From Parasitella parasitica NRRL 2501 (Eukaryota > Fungi > Mucoromycota), in assembly GCA_025201805.1 (NCBI GenBank), contig MU619288.1:137123-201122 (forward strand): a stretch of 64,000 nucleotides of DNA, read 5' to 3'. Of this stretch, positions 37,898 to 51,756 are shown in pieces. The position numbers were made by a program, and so were the translations under genes. How positions within the stretch are numbered: the first letter of the stretch is position 1; the number at the start of each line of letters is the position of its first letter. The notes below the pieces were generated by a model, which worked only from the letters and a program-made list of their open reading frames with translations, was not told the origin of the DNA and did no database searches.

Positions 37898-39414
37898 ATG
37901 GATTACCAAAGATTTATTAGCAAACGTAGTAAAGCTAGAAAGCCCTCAGCCAGTAAAGTATTAGTAAAGGGTAGTAATTATAAATTGTATTCATTTAAAC
38001 AATTGTAGTTCGCGCAATCTCTCCTTATCTGCATCAAAAGGATATGGTATACAATAGAGAGTTTTATGCCCATCGCTATCAGATATTAATCTTGCCTATA
38101 GATTTCTTTGGGCGCCGGCCAACCTAATTCTAGTACATTTCCTTTTGCCGGCATGAGCATTACTCTCAAGACCGGAGAAACTCTTGAAATCGATGAACAG
38201 CTGTTCAATCGTTCGCTATCATATGATTTGACAGTAATTATATAATGTTTATTGACATGGAAAGCATTGTTAACATCGGCTAATATAGCCTGGTTTACCA
38301 CATTTGAATGGCTGGCTTCGAGCATTGCAAGAAATTGAGCATAAACCACCCGTAGAGTTTGCTCTATCTATTGGTGTAGGATCCCAAGATTTGTTGACAA
38401 AGGTAAAAAATCTCCATCAAAAACTCTGAATATAAATATAAACATATAAACATATATATATATACTCATCATAGATACTTGTAGGCTTTTGACATGTTGA
38501 TAGATGATGGAGATTCTATCTTGATTGAAAATCCATCGTACACAGGTTGCCTTTCGTTCCTGAAAACGCTTCGCTGTGATCTCTCTGATGTCCCAACTGA
38601 TGGCTTTGGCATCGTCCCTGAAGAATTGGAGAAAATGCTCGCCAACTGGCCCCAAAGTAATCCTAGCGGCAAAAAAGATCAGCCTAGACCCCGATGTCTA
38701 TATACAATTCCATGTGGAGGCAATCCAACTGGAAGCACAGCAACATTAGAGCGTAAACAAGCTGTGTACAATATATGCTCCAAGTATGATGTATTGATTC
38801 TCGAGGATGATGCTTACTATTATCTTCAATTTGAAGGAAAGCGGGTTCCCTCTTATTTATCTATGGATACAGAGGGCCGTGTACTTCGTTGTGACAGTAT
38901 GTCCAAAATTTTATCTGCTGGTTTACGCATTGGATGGATTACTGGGCCCAAACCTCTGCTGGAGCGTATCGATATGCACACCATGGTAACTAATTTGCAA
39001 CCCTCAGGTTTACCTCAAGTGATGGCTTATCAACTACTTGAACATTGGGGCCATTCTGGATTTTTCAAGCATGTGGAGCAAGTAGCTGATTTTTATCGCC
39101 AGAAGCGTGATGAGTTTGTCGAGTGCCTAAACCGTCGTATGAAGGGACGTGCAGAGTGGGTTATCCCTAATGCAGGCATGTTTGTTTGGTTGCGTCTTTT
39201 GGGCGGTATAAAGGATTCTCAAGATCTAGTAATGAACAAGGCCCTCAAGGAGAACGTGCTTGCGATTCCTGGTGTTGCATTCATGCCACATGAAACCAAA
39301 ACCGAGTATATTCGGGTGTCTTTTAGTAACGTTTCCAAGGTAGATATGGATGAAGCCCTTCGTAGATTAGCTAATGTGGTAGATAAAGAGGCAGCTTTGA
39401 ACAATTGCGATTGA
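37898..39414 (+). CDS. Class I PLP aminotransferase (aromatic / 2-aminoadipate, ARO8/AADAT-like), multi-exon
   Basis: SKARKPSA|VR, ISLGAGQPN, NPTGST, ILEDDAYYYL, DSMSKILSAGLRIGW. Confidence 0.92.
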
Positions 39415-39680
39415 TCCATATTAGTGTTTGATATTTACTGGAGCTAGTTTGAATAAATACGCAGTTTTTGTTCTACATACATGGATGATAACTCACCTTT
39501 ATGTTGGTTTGCTTATGATACTGAGGTTGGTTATTCTATGAGATCTCCCGCCCGAGTGCCTCTCTTGGCTTTTGCTTACTTGATCTGAACACCAGTATCA
39601 TGACAGTGACTGTGTAAGCGTGAAATTAGACATTTAAAAGGTTGGAAAAGCCATTATACCTGGCTGAATATCGTCCCACT

Positions 39681-42330
39681 ATGTCTAAACTGCTACTCGA
39701 CAATGATGACAACGAACCATCCAGGATTCTCGAGAGAAATATATTAATAAACGAGAAAAATAATGCGAGAGACTCGTTTGTAAACGAAGTAGAAAAGTCA
39801 ATTCACGAAGCTACGACAGATTTATCTTTAGGAAAAGCACTTCACCTTTTACTTCATGTGCATGGTCAAGTGTTTGACAAAGCTGTTTTATCAATACAAA
39901 ATTCAACAGCGGAAGAACTTGCGATAAAAGTAACAGAATGTAAGTATGGGTATTCAGATATCTGGTATGATCATTGATGTAATACACTAGCTCTTATTGT
40001 AAAGGCCATCATATCCATCCAAAATTATATTTCACCAGACATTTCAGTACTATTCAAGCAAATTTATGATTCACTCAAAAACAAATTTATCAAACAAAAG
40101 CCTAACGAGGAAGCTATGCGCATTGTCTGTTTTTTCGCATTGCACTCAAACACTTGCCAGGCTCAGGTACAACAGTTCTTGAGAAATGAGTTGAGAAAAC
40201 CAGACAAAAAGGATCAGCTGGCAGTAGTAATCTTGCTGCAATTTTTTTTGAAAAACTACGCCAAGTCCATGGACAAGGCACTTTTGGTGCTTTATACCCC
40301 TCTAGTAGAATTAGTCGAAATGCGATCAGATCAACCCACACTCTTGGGATTTTCAGCATGCGAATTAGCGTTGCAGTGTACTCGAAAAGCATTGACGGCA
40401 ACACCAGTTACAATGTCAAAAGTGGCAACAACAAATAAAATAATGGAAATCGAAGCATATGAATCAGTTGATAGGCCATCGGAAGTTTGGGATGGGCTTC
40501 ACAAGATTCTGGATGTATTAGAAAAGGTATAAATTGCAAAAAAAAAAAAAAAATATTTGCTTAAAAATAGATGAAAATGACAGGCAATTTTGCATTCTAT
40601 TTAGTGGCAAGCTTTGAAAACAAAATTCGAAATGGCAGCTTATAGGGAATTGCGTGGTCTGATAGGAAGCAATACTACAGAATGGAATGTTATTTTGAAA
40701 TATATTACACCTAAAGCCATATTGTCAGAAAAGCCAATATCAACGAAAAGACAAAAACAAATCTTATCAGACTCTGACGCTAGTAGTAACGCACAACTGT
40801 TGCTCTTAACATTGCTTCAAAAAGGCCACTGGATTGATTTGTATGGAGAAGGGCGAAGCATTACCACCACATCGGTAGAGCAAGATGAAATCAAATCTCT
40901 CATTCAACAAACATACATATCATCAATGCAATTGAAACATCTTATACCACAGCTTGCGATAACATTACCTCACCTTTTCCCTTGCTCATTTGTATTAGAC
41001 AGTGAATTGATGCAGAGTATTATAGACCAGATAGTAAGCCCCTCAGATGAAATGTTCAAAAATCTAGCAACAATGATAATGAATCGACCAGAACCATCTG
41101 TTTGCTATTTAGTAATGCAAACTGTACAACAAACTCACCAACACAAATTTACGTACAACATGTTATGTCATCTAATAGCTGGAGAACCAGATCAGATTGT
41201 ACCTATCTTACAAGAAGAATTGCTACTTGTTGTCAAGCATAGCGATCAAGCTTGTGAATTGCTGTTGAAATGCATGGATTTTACAGGTATTAAGGGCAAT
41301 GTGCACCATTTATTGAAATCAGCTGAAACGTAGTATGTCCAGATCTCCCTAAACTTATTCGAAAATTAATGAAGTTATCGAATGTGGAGGACCAAAGAGA
41401 AAAAATGATATACACGGCACTTATAGCCAAAGCCTTGTTAAAAGCAGATTGGGCTAGTAGTAGCATATTGAACTACGTGGACTTGGTTCGTGAATTCAAG
41501 TTTTACAAAGGCTTTGTGACAATTGATGCAAAGATGCATCCTAAAACACCTGGAGACATCCCACCACTGTATCCAACAATTGAAGTGACCCAAAAATTTA
41601 CAGATGACCAAGTAGAGGCTATCAGTAAATCGCTTATGATTCCTTTGCAACTCTGGAGTGCACAAGTTGGTGAGCAAGATTTCACGTTAGCAGTACGACA
41701 ACTTGTACAATATAGCTATGGCATCCCAAAAGATGGTACTTGGATAGAAGCATGGAAGCAGCTTTCTTTTGCATTCGAGAATAACCATCATCTTGTATGG
41801 CCTGTTATAGAGACATGCACGGATATTTTGAAAGAGCAGATCAGGTTCTATGACACACCACAGCTTGTTGTCACGACCATTAATTTTTCCTTGTAGTATA
41901 AATCAAGATGTTGTAAGGCAGACTGCAAATATCAAAGAAAGTGTCTTATTCTTCAGATTAAGTCCAATGTTAATTTTGCAAGTAAGAAGCCTATATTATC
42001 ATGTCGTTTATAGATGCACACTAATATTCTCGGCGCTAAGACTATACCCAAAAATGCGTTTGCCCCCGTTTTGCTACCCGAAAGTTACGTGAATTTCATT
42101 GCTGACAAGCTGAGAAAAATTGGAATCAGTAAAAGTATGCTTAAAATAACCCAACGACAAGATACACACACTCCTACTTGTATCCAATTAATGGAGGAGC
42201 TATTACAAAGGTAAAGTACAAGGTCAAGCATCCTAACATCAATTATAATAACCAGCCTGTACATATTCATTAAGATCTATTGAAGTGGGTGATCTGGGCC
42301 AGGGTATCCAGAATCCAACTGATTTCAGTA
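39681..42330 (+). CDS. Large helical protein of unknown function, multi-exon; 3' end uncertain
   Basis: Successive ORFs (39642-39977, 40116-40532, 40614-41333, 41369-41896, 42014-42214) are linked by short GT-AG introns. No family was recognised. Confidence 0.65.
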
Positions 42331-43176
42331 TTGTTTTACTGGTTAAATTATTCTGTGTGTAATTAATTTTAATATATGGCTTTTACATTGTAATGCAAAT
42401 AAAGGATAATCATCACATAGTCGAAGGGAAAAACCAAGCTAATTAAATTTGCTAGAGGCTAATGTCGTAGCAAAATCTGAAGGCTCGCAGCAGTAATATA
42501 TTTAAAAATAAATTATCTGGGAGAGTGCTTCTTTGTGAGGGATGATACAGTATAACTTGCCTTGATGACATTATGAAATAAATATGCATATCACTCGTTT
42601 AGGGCCTTGATAATATCCAAAATGCCATAATAGATTCAAATGTTAATAAATCTCAAGCTAATTGGCTTTAGACAGTGTTTACATTTAGTAAATTATATCA
42701 GACAGCAATGTTAGCTATTAGGAATCCCAACCGTTGCCATTAGCACATTAAACCTTTCTACCAATCACACCTTCCCGCTATAGGTCATTGTCATGTATAC
42801 ATATAATCATAGCATATTATCTCGTATCCTCAAAGCACTGCTGAACACCTCTTTTTGTTAAAAATCAAGTTATGCTCAAATAGCCCTGATTGCGCTTGTT
42901 TCAGCCAAGGGAAAATTAATCGATACTTTGGCTCTTTATCAAAGTCTATTGGCAATTTTTGCATCAAAATCTGTGTTAATAGTAAGCTATCCCAAAAACT
43001 TTACACAAGCATATCATGCGTGCAAAGGGTGCATTATTGTCCAGGAAAAGGGCTCAAAGAGCATTACCTCAATTTCTTTGTGTGATTTTACCACTTGATG
43101 AATCAATGATTAATACTTTACATACAATTTTATTAAAATCTAACAGGAATGGATCAATGAAAAAAAAACCAGAAAT

Positions 43177-44033
43177 TTACAGAGTAATCTCGCCTTCAAC
43201 AGCTCTCGGTTCCAAACCCAAGCCATTCAGACATTTATAATATCTATTAGCGTCTTTCGATTTGAGGTATTTCAAAAGCTTTGCACGTTGATGAACCATG
43301 TTGCGCAATTGCTTGTAATTGTGCTTGTCTTTACGGTGCTGATGCAAATGAGAGTTCAAGTTGTGAATACGAACAGTTAAAATAGCAGCTAAATAAAAAA
43401 GTAAGTATTCATACATGAAAAAAAAAAAAGAGATCAACCATATTTCTACCTTGTACTTCAGGGCTGCCCGTATCTCCTTCCTTTCGCTTGAACCAGTCAA
43501 TAGCTTGGTGAACATTCCAAATTTGAACACTCTTTGCATTACCGTTTTGAAGACTGACAATCTTTTGCAAAGCTTCTATCTTTTGTTGTTCTGCCTTTAA
43601 TGCTTCCTCCATGCCATCGACAGCCGCTATATGGTTAGTTTCCACCATCTTTTTGGGAGTCTCCTCAAACAAAAATCGTTCATCTTTTTTCGACAAAAAG
43701 TGTTGAAATCCGCTGCTTTGATCAGCATAGGCACTGGCAGGTGTATGTAAACTGTTGAAAAAAGGCGCAGGCTTTGAGACAATAAATGAGGGCTTTGTGC
43801 GTTCAAACTCTGCTACTTTGGCAGCACGTTTAGCGAGATTCTCCTTTTTGATTTGCTTGGGATGTTTCTTTGCAAAAGCTGCAGCTGACCCATGGAATTC
43901 TTGATGCTGAAAAAGACGACTGGGGGTCTTGAGAGCTACATTTGATACTTTGAATGAGCAAGATTTAGATGAGAAAATTATTCAATTGAGCCATACCATG
44001 ACGTCCAGATGAAAAGCTTAAGCGACTCAACAT
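43177..44033 (-). CDS. Mitochondrial ribosomal protein S15 (uS15m), 2 introns
   Basis: Presequence MLSRLSFSSGRH; DTGSPEVQ|AAILTVRIHNL..HL..H.KDKHN...L..MVHQRAKLLKYLK. Confidence 0.92.
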
Positions 44034-44455
44034 GATGATATTATTGTCAAAAAGAGAACAGCTTGACCAAACCCTAGAAGATTTTGCTGCTCGTTTTGCC
44101 AGGATCGTGACTGGATTGACATTGCAAGCTGCTACAAAACCTCCGTCAAAGATGCAACTTTAGCATTTGTACCTTTATAAACCATCAATCCCCACAATGT
44201 GGTATGATGGTATGCGACCAGAATAAAATAAATTTCCTTGATATGATTGTATCTTTATCTCTTTTCCTTGTCGTAAGGAAAAAAAGAAAGTCTTTATGTT
44301 GTTATTTAATCAATTTCAAGTCAATGTATTCATTTTGACAGTTCTGGTGCTGGTAAATATTGAAGTCCGGTGGTGCAAGCAAATAATGATCATATGTCTT
44401 TTCTTTTTTCCAGTCATTTTCTTTTGCAAATTGCCTTGGCATTGCAGCACACAAC

Positions 44456-45618
44456 ATGAGTCAACTGGAGGTATATCTTGACCACGTACATCAAGAATTG
44501 CAAGTCAATAGCACAGCCAAGAAAGTAATTGTCACAGGCAATGATTCTGCAGGTAATTTGAAGTGTGTTCTCAGCGCTAGTCATCCATTCTAAAATCAAC
44601 TTGAAACCATAAAGATCTCGATTCTATCATTTCTGCACTGTTATTTGCTTATTTGAGCAGCAAGCAGGATGAAACAACATTGTACATACCGCTTGTCAAG
44701 GTGCCCAAAGCAGATTTAGCTCTTCGGCCTGAATTAGCCCATGTAATGGGTCTCGTTCATCTTGATCACCAAAAGCTTTTGTGCATTGATGAGCTCACAT
44801 TGGACGCTGATGCATCAGTAGTGCTGGTTGATCACAATCATCTCACGCCTCCACTTGCTCAATACGATGATCGGGTAATTGGTGTTTTGGACCATCATGT
44901 GGATGAGCATTTCTATCAATCAGCACCTCTGCGTCGCGTGGAAATGGTGGGATCCTGCGTTACTTTAGTATTGGATCACTTTCCAGACTATCTTTGGACT
45001 AACAACACAGAGATAGCTCAGCTAGCTCTGGGGCCGCTGTTAATAGATACGGTCAATTTGAAATGGGAGCTGGGCAGGACGACTGAACTGGATGTCGCGG
45101 TCTATCACAAGCTGATTGAAGCATTATACGGTGTTCAGTCGACCTCAACGACTTTGCTCACAGACGATTATTTTAAATCCATCGAAAAAGTCAAATCTCG
45201 GGTAGATACCATGTCGAGCTACGACATTTTGAGAAGGGATTACAAAGAATTCGTAGTCGATGGATATCGCATTGGAACAAGTGCAGTAACATGGCATTTT
45301 AGAGCTTGGGCAGAAAGAGATAGCGCACAGGCAATCAAACAGGCAGCCATTGACTACGCAGATAAGCGTCAGTTAGACATGGAAGTTATCTTTACTGCTT
45401 TTGATCATGATGGCGATTATCGTCGTCAATTGGCTGTTTTCGTCATACAGCCCAAATTACAAAGAGTTCAAAACAATTTGGAAAAGAATCTCGATATTCA
45501 ATTGACGCCTATCAAGGAGTTTGAGGCTACAGGCTTTTACGATCAAGGCAACATTCGGATGTCGCGAAAGCAAGTATGGCCCTTGTTGAAACAGTTGATT
45601 GAACAGCCTCCAGAGTAG
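44456..45618 (+). CDS. PPX1: Exopolyphosphatase (DHH family, PPX1/Prune-like), intron 44553-44614
   Basis: IVTGNDSA|DLDS, LVDHN, VLDHH, VGSCVTLV, LIDTVNL, ILRRDYKEF, SRKQV. Confidence 0.9.
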
Positions 45619-45781
45619 AGGAACGGTTGATTGTAGCCAATCAGACAGCAGATCTTGGCAAACGTGATATTTACAGAGAACTCTTTGAGCTCTTCCTCTG
45701 TTTCCTTTTAGTAAAACGGAAAGGTTAAAATGAGGGTGACAAGAGAATAAATTATTGTACAATCTTTTTTCCTTTTTTCTC

Positions 45782-46804
45782 ATGTTGACAAAGCATTTCA
45801 AATTTTCGTTTGTTGGCAAAGCCAAAAAACATGGCTCAAAGAGCCCTGATTTCATGTCACATTTACCGCAGGAATTGTTGCAGTGTATCTATCAACATCT
45901 CGACGCTCAAGACATTCACGCTTTCAACCAAACATGCCGCTCTTTCCATAGAGTAGGAATGCAGCCATCATCCAAAGCGGCTTGGATAGTGACTCAAAAC
46001 GGCGTAAGATTTGCTCTCTATTATGCATTGCTTGCTGTACCTCAACACTGTCATGGCGATTTCCTGCACATGTTGTTTAGTCGAGGGGCTGTTGTACCAC
46101 GCCATGTGTTGCAGCGCTTAATCCAGGTCTACCTAAAACCTATCGAAAAACGTCGTCGTCGCTCTAGTTTTGATACATTTGATTTGGACACTTTCTTTGC
46201 TCAGCAGGTACAGTCGTTGTCATTTGATGGCTATGCAACTATCCTTCAAAGGGGCCACCAGCTTTACGGCAATGATTTTGATTTGCAAGCAAACTATCAT
46301 GACCCCATTTCCATCTCTTTAAATACTACGTGGTATTTCCCTGCCCCTGCTCCTGCTGACACCAATTTGAGACCATTACTAAAACTGGCTCAAACGGAGC
46401 CCACCAAATTTGCTCTGGTGAATCCCGTGTTTACCTTTGATCCAGTTGCACGCGCATCGCTTTGGGAAGCTACCCTGTTGATCTTATTCGACGAGGCTTT
46501 CAGAACTACTCCCCTTACTCCAGACAGACAGGCTCAATTACTCAGTTTGCCATTGTCCAGTCAAGTGCGCTTGGTTGGCGGCTTGACAGATCAACAGTTA
46601 TTTTGTCAGGTGTTTGCTAATTTTTTCACCAAATATCCCATTGGCTACTGTCCATCAAGAACCATGTGCAAACTACTGGAACTTCTCTGGCAATACGTGA
46701 AACCCTCCTTCAACATTGACGTTGCGCTAGAACATATGGTTCATGCAAATCTAGGTCGCTCTGATACTATTGATTCCGTTGACAAATTTTTAAAGCAAAA
46801 GTAA
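45782..46804 (+). CDS. F-box domain protein
   Basis: HLPQELLQCIYQHLDAQDIHAFNQTCRSF near the N-terminus; intronless ORF. Confidence 0.75.
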   Translation: MLTKHFKFSFVGKAKKHGSKSPDFMSHLPQELLQCIYQHLDAQDIHAFNQTCRSFHRVGMQPSSKAAWIVTQNGVRFALYYALLAVPQHCHGDFLHMLFSRGAVVPRHVLQRLIQVYLKPIEKRRRRSSFDTFDLDTFFAQQVQSLSFDGYATILQRGHQLYGNDFDLQANYHDPISISLNTTWYFPAPAPADTNLRPLLKLAQTEPTKFALVNPVFTFDPVARASLWEATLLILFDEAFRTTPLTPDRQAQLLSLPLSSQVRLVGGLTDQQLFCQVFANFFTKYPIGYCPSRTMCKLLELLWQYVKPSFNIDVALEHMVHANLGRSDTIDSVDKFLKQK

Positions 46805-46927
46805 ACAGATTTCGTTATACCCGCCTCTCTCCCTCACTCCCGATTTGTAATATAGCTATTTTTAAAAAAAAAAAAAAAAAAAAACCACACACACAGATAT
46901 ACACACATACACACACACTTGCTCTTT

Positions 46928-48545
46928 TTATTCCTCGTCTTCTGGATCCGCATCATCTTCTACTACAAGTGCAGCGCTTGGCCATAAGCTTTTGATATCA
47001 ATTAGTTTTTGTTGAGATGGCGGTAATTCCATTCGAGGATATGGAGTGTGCATTGTGAATTTATAAGCATGCGCATAGTCGCTTGGTGCCTCTACTTTTT
47101 CCTCCGCACAAGATCCATGCTCCTTCACCAACGGGTAAACCTCCACAAATTGATATAAATCATCCACTGTTGCATTTTGGTCAAACTGACGGATAACTCT
47201 ATCACCATCAGCCAAACGGAAGTTTAATCTAGCACAGTCTGATGTTGGTTCCTGTGGTAGATGAGAAAAGAGGTAGCGAATGTACTGTTGGCGCTTTTGT
47301 TCTTGTAATTCTGCCAATTGTTGCTGACGTATCTTCTCCTGCTCCACTTCTTGCTGGCGTTGCTTTTCTTCTTCCACCAAGCGGGCCTTTTCCCGATCTT
47401 GTTTAAGAGATTCATTGAAAGCTGCATCCTGATCCACTATCAATTGACGCTCCATTTCACGATGTTGACGTTCATTCAAGAGTCGGTTTATGACAGCTCC
47501 ATGGCGATCCATGGCTATATCAATCTGGCTAATGAGTTCCTCGGGATGACATGTGCCTTCAATGCGTTCAATTACTGCCATTCTGGGTGCAGTGGTACCT
47601 TGAAGCGCAATCAATGCCATGAAGGGGTATGTAGAGGCGTTCAATGTATTGCTGACTTTGTGTGCCTCGGCTTCACGAACGTTGCCAGCCCAAACAATAA
47701 TCTTTTTGTCGCGGATGAAATTGACAAGACGCTCTGCGGTAAGTGTGTGTCTAAATTCAACGCAAAAATCAGCCAAAACTATCCACCCTGTTGTGTGATA
47801 TATTGACAATTTTTTTTTTTTTTTTTTTTTTTTTTATTTTTACCTGCAGAATGTGTCTGTGTCGTCATGATCATCACTGTGTAAGAATACCATCATGAAC
47901 CTTAAATCCTTGCGGGCCTTCTCTAACGCTTGAGAATAGCCTCCTCTAAAGAACTCGACATGATCTGAGCCATAATTCTGTTCAAACGCTTCTATAAACT
48001 CTACAGCCAGTACACGAGGGTCACGTTTCCTTTCTTGGATAGCAGGACGAGCCATTATGATGCGAGCTATGTTGGTATCAGAAAATATGTAAATAAAAGA
48101 CGGGTGTGGAAACATTGACAATTTGTGTACATTACATGCAAGCGACAATATTGACCAAGTGATGTTCCAAGCCATGCCAAAAGGCCATAGCAAGATAGAG
48201 AGCAATAATGATGGCCTCTTTCTAGTAGACGAACTTGCAGATGTTGCTGTCGAGCGTACTCCCGCAGCAGGCACAGTGTTGGCAACCTCCTGCTCCAATT
48301 CTTTACGTTTCTTTTCTTGGGAGCTGCTCTCATACACATGCTGGATGGCTCTTTCCAAGTTCCAATCGTACTCTATCAGCTGGCCTAGCGCTTCCTCCAA
48401 GTCTTGTATTTGAGTGATAGTCTAGATTGGGTCGTTCTATATTAGTATGAATAGGGCCTTATTGCGGCATTCAGTGCTACAAACATACCTGATACTGGTT
48501 CAGTTTGTCTCGCTGTTCAGCGTTCAATGTATCTAGAGATACCAT
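46928..48545 (-). CDS. UBA-UAS-UBX p97/Cdc48 adaptor (FAF2/Ubx2-like), 3 introns
   Basis: UBA-like DWNLERAI, hydrophobic hairpin, UAS (GGYSQAL...FLHSDDHDDT..FC, YPFMALI), coiled coil, UBX (FRLADG.R...YPR). Confidence 0.9.
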
Positions 48546-48785
48546 AGTGTGTACGTATATGTTTGCTGGACAAAAGGAAGAGGAAGAAAAGGAGAGTTTT
48601 GTAATCCGTGTAGATTTATAATGCCACGCATACTCAAGGCCAATTACAGATGTGCTACATACCAAGAGAATCTATGAGCAGAAGGAAACGTCATCTCCCA
48701 GATTCTTGCAAATTCAAAACTCCCTCTCCCCCTCTTCGCCTGCTACTACACTTGAAAATTTTTAATATTCTTGGATAACCTCAAC

Positions 48786-49246
48786 ATGGCCGAAGTAAAA
48801 GCTCCATCTGCAAACATTGGCTCTGTTGAAGAACCTCTTGATCTTGTTCGACTTTCGTTGGATGAACGTGTCTATGTCAAATTAAGAGGTGATCGTGAAT
48901 TACGCGGAAAATTGAATGTAAGTCGAGCCATGCTTTGTCTCTTAATAATGTGAATCCAACCTTTCTCAAGGCTTATGATGGTCATTTGAATATGGTCCTT
49001 GGCAACGTGGAAGAAACAATCACCATCGTAGATATCAATGAAGAAACGTTGGAGGAAGTGATTAGAGTAGGTGCTTGCATTTCAAAATACCGTCTTTTTA
49101 GTTTAACAAATACTAGACTGTCAAGAGAAATTTCGACATGCTTTTTGTTCGTGGTGATGGTGTCATTTTGGTAAGTTTTGCTATATATCAAATGTTAGGA
49201 TAGTGCTAATTGATTTACGTAGGTTTCTCCCCCCTCAAGAGCATAA
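48786..49246 (+). CDS. LSM3: U6 snRNA-associated Sm-like protein LSm3, 3 introns
   Basis: [29 protein letters not shown].|[16 protein letters not shown]...[11 protein letters not shown]|VSPP. Confidence 0.95.
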
Positions 49247-50092
49247 AAAATCACAATTCTCAATTCTCAATTCCAAACCCACAGCAACATCACATGTATA
49301 TTTATCAATCTGAATACACATTGAAGAAACAAACCATAACACACTACCTACAGCAACCATAATATACGCGTTTTGTATTTTTCCTTCGTACATAAAAAGA
49401 AAAAAAAAACAAAACTATATACAGACATACTCAAATACAATCAAATTTTGGCTTTCTATTTGAAGAAATGTGATGAAAAATGCCATTTCACATAGAGTTG
49501 GGGGAGGGGAAGGGGGCGTATTGGAAGAGAAGAGGATGCCAACAGAGGAGCATTGGCAGAGAAAATAGGTTTTAGAAGGCTGCACTGCAATAAAATCTGT
49601 TTAAATGGAGATTATCCTGCATTAGCATTCTTGCAGCGAATGAATCGAGTTCCACTTCTTTGGACTGGAAACTAACAAGTTTTAGAATGTTACATACCTT
49701 CATATGGCCACTGATGTGGTCAACGATGGAAAATAGAATGTCAATAAACATCAATACCTACAGGCATATTTGAAAAGCTGTTTGATTACATTGTGGAGAA
49801 CTATCGCTATATGTAGAATTTTTCCATTATTCAATTAAGAGCTTACATAATGAGCTCTGTCTATTAATCATCCAGCTACTGCTGAAACTAACATTGAAAC
49901 TTTGCTCTGCATAGTAATCTCAGATTTATAAAATGCTATATTGAGTCAACTTTTTGCGCTATATTTTTTCTCATGAAATATGTGAATGTACATTAGTATC
50001 AAATAATGTGTACAATGGACTGCAAAATTCTTCGCATCGTCTGTTACTAAGAGCCATATCTTGAGTAACTGCTTGGGAGAATTGGCAACAAG

Positions 50093-51326
50093 TTTTAGCA
50101 AGCGGCTACTTGATGCTACTTGATGTTCGTTCATCTCTCAAAAATTTAGACGAGACCTTGACAGACATAGCAATAAACTTAGTACAATTGCCATTATTGT
50201 CATCATATTATCGCGCTGGTAAATGAGATCGACAGAACGCGTTTGGGGCTTTTTGAGTAATTATCAGTTGTACTGAAGTTATATTAGTAGCAGAAAAATA
50301 CTCATCTGATGTTGGCATGCGCTAGAAATATCTGGATCAGCTTATAGATCTATTCTACTATGAGATATGACCGAGAGCTAGCTCTTAAAATCCCAAAATA
50401 TGCTAAAAACGTCGACTTTGAGCTTCGATATAGGCCGCTACAGCCATGCTCTCCGCTTCAGACCAAGTGGGAATCAATGCTGGCATATAGGGAATTGTCC
50501 CTGGACCCATAGCTCAATTTTTTTTTTCACTTTGCAAATCGATGAAATTTACCCATTTTTTGCCTATACTACCACATCCAGATTTGTCAAAACTGCCTTA
50601 TCCTCGATTTTGAACGCAAAAACGACATTTTTTACTATGGCAAGTATTAGACGAAAATGACCGTGAAAGGTTACTCTTTGACTGGAAAGAGTAAAAATGC
50701 GCCCCAAATTAGCTTATAATTTAGCTTTCCTGTCAAATCTGCTTTTGAGGTTTTCTGTAGTATGCTTGTTCAAAAATGTTAGGAGAGTTACAAAACTAAT
50801 ACCGTCGTATAGAGCATCCAAAAACACATTAATCATAATAGACTGGCACGGGTGGTATACATAGTATTACAGGGAGATATCTTATCCCAAAAGAGTAAAA
50901 ATATCTTCGATTGATCCAAATCGAGTTCCAGAAAGAAATGTCTTCTTTGTCGCAATTTACACTCCGCTTTCAGAAGAAACTTCGTTTATATCACTTTTGG
51001 GACAAAAGAATCAGTTTTGCAAAGCTATAATGCTTTCAAATCAAATTTAAAACAATTAAAATAAGTTGAAGTAAATTAATGTGTTTCTTAGCTTTCTAAT
51101 GATGGCACTTTTATGTCTGTACCTTACCTAACCGTTGCACGCTCCGATTTTGAAATTTTCTTGTTTGAAAGAATAGCTGCCTTCATCAGATGCCATTTAG
51201 TCAGTGCGAAAATCTGCTCTAAACTGTGCAAATTATGATATCGTATGACACTTCATGGCTTGATGTATTAATTAGAAGTACTGGATCTTTTGTTTGAGAG
51301 AATTAAATAGTGTTCTCTAGTGGTTT
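50093..51326. repeat. ~1.2-kb dispersed repeat, copy 2
   Basis: Near-identical to 12393..13586, with an extra ~30-bp segment near 50210-50240. Confidence 0.9.
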
Positions 51327-51756
51327 TTGTCTTTTTTTGACAACAGCACACCAAAAACCAATTTACCATATTGCATTCATGTTAAATAGGAACAACAGTA
51401 TCAACTGACACCACTGACTCCATTGACAATTATGCATCATACCATATGAGTTTAGAAGCTCGAGTGCCCTCAAGGTGTGCGCCAAGTATTACTCATCCCA
51501 AATAGACAATACATGGTTTAGGCGAATACCCTATCAAAAGCGCCAATTGGCATTTAGTAACACTGTTCACACACACACGCATAAGCTTTTTTTATCCATA
51601 ATTTGCAGTTGAAGTGGTTGACACGTGCTTTTTCTTTTTTTTTTCTTTTTAGATTTGGGCGTATATATAATTTACCACTTTATTATTACAAGCAAGATCC
51701 TCTTTTTTCATTCCTTTTCCGTACATCAACAAATAATTAAAAGAAAACAAAAAAAA

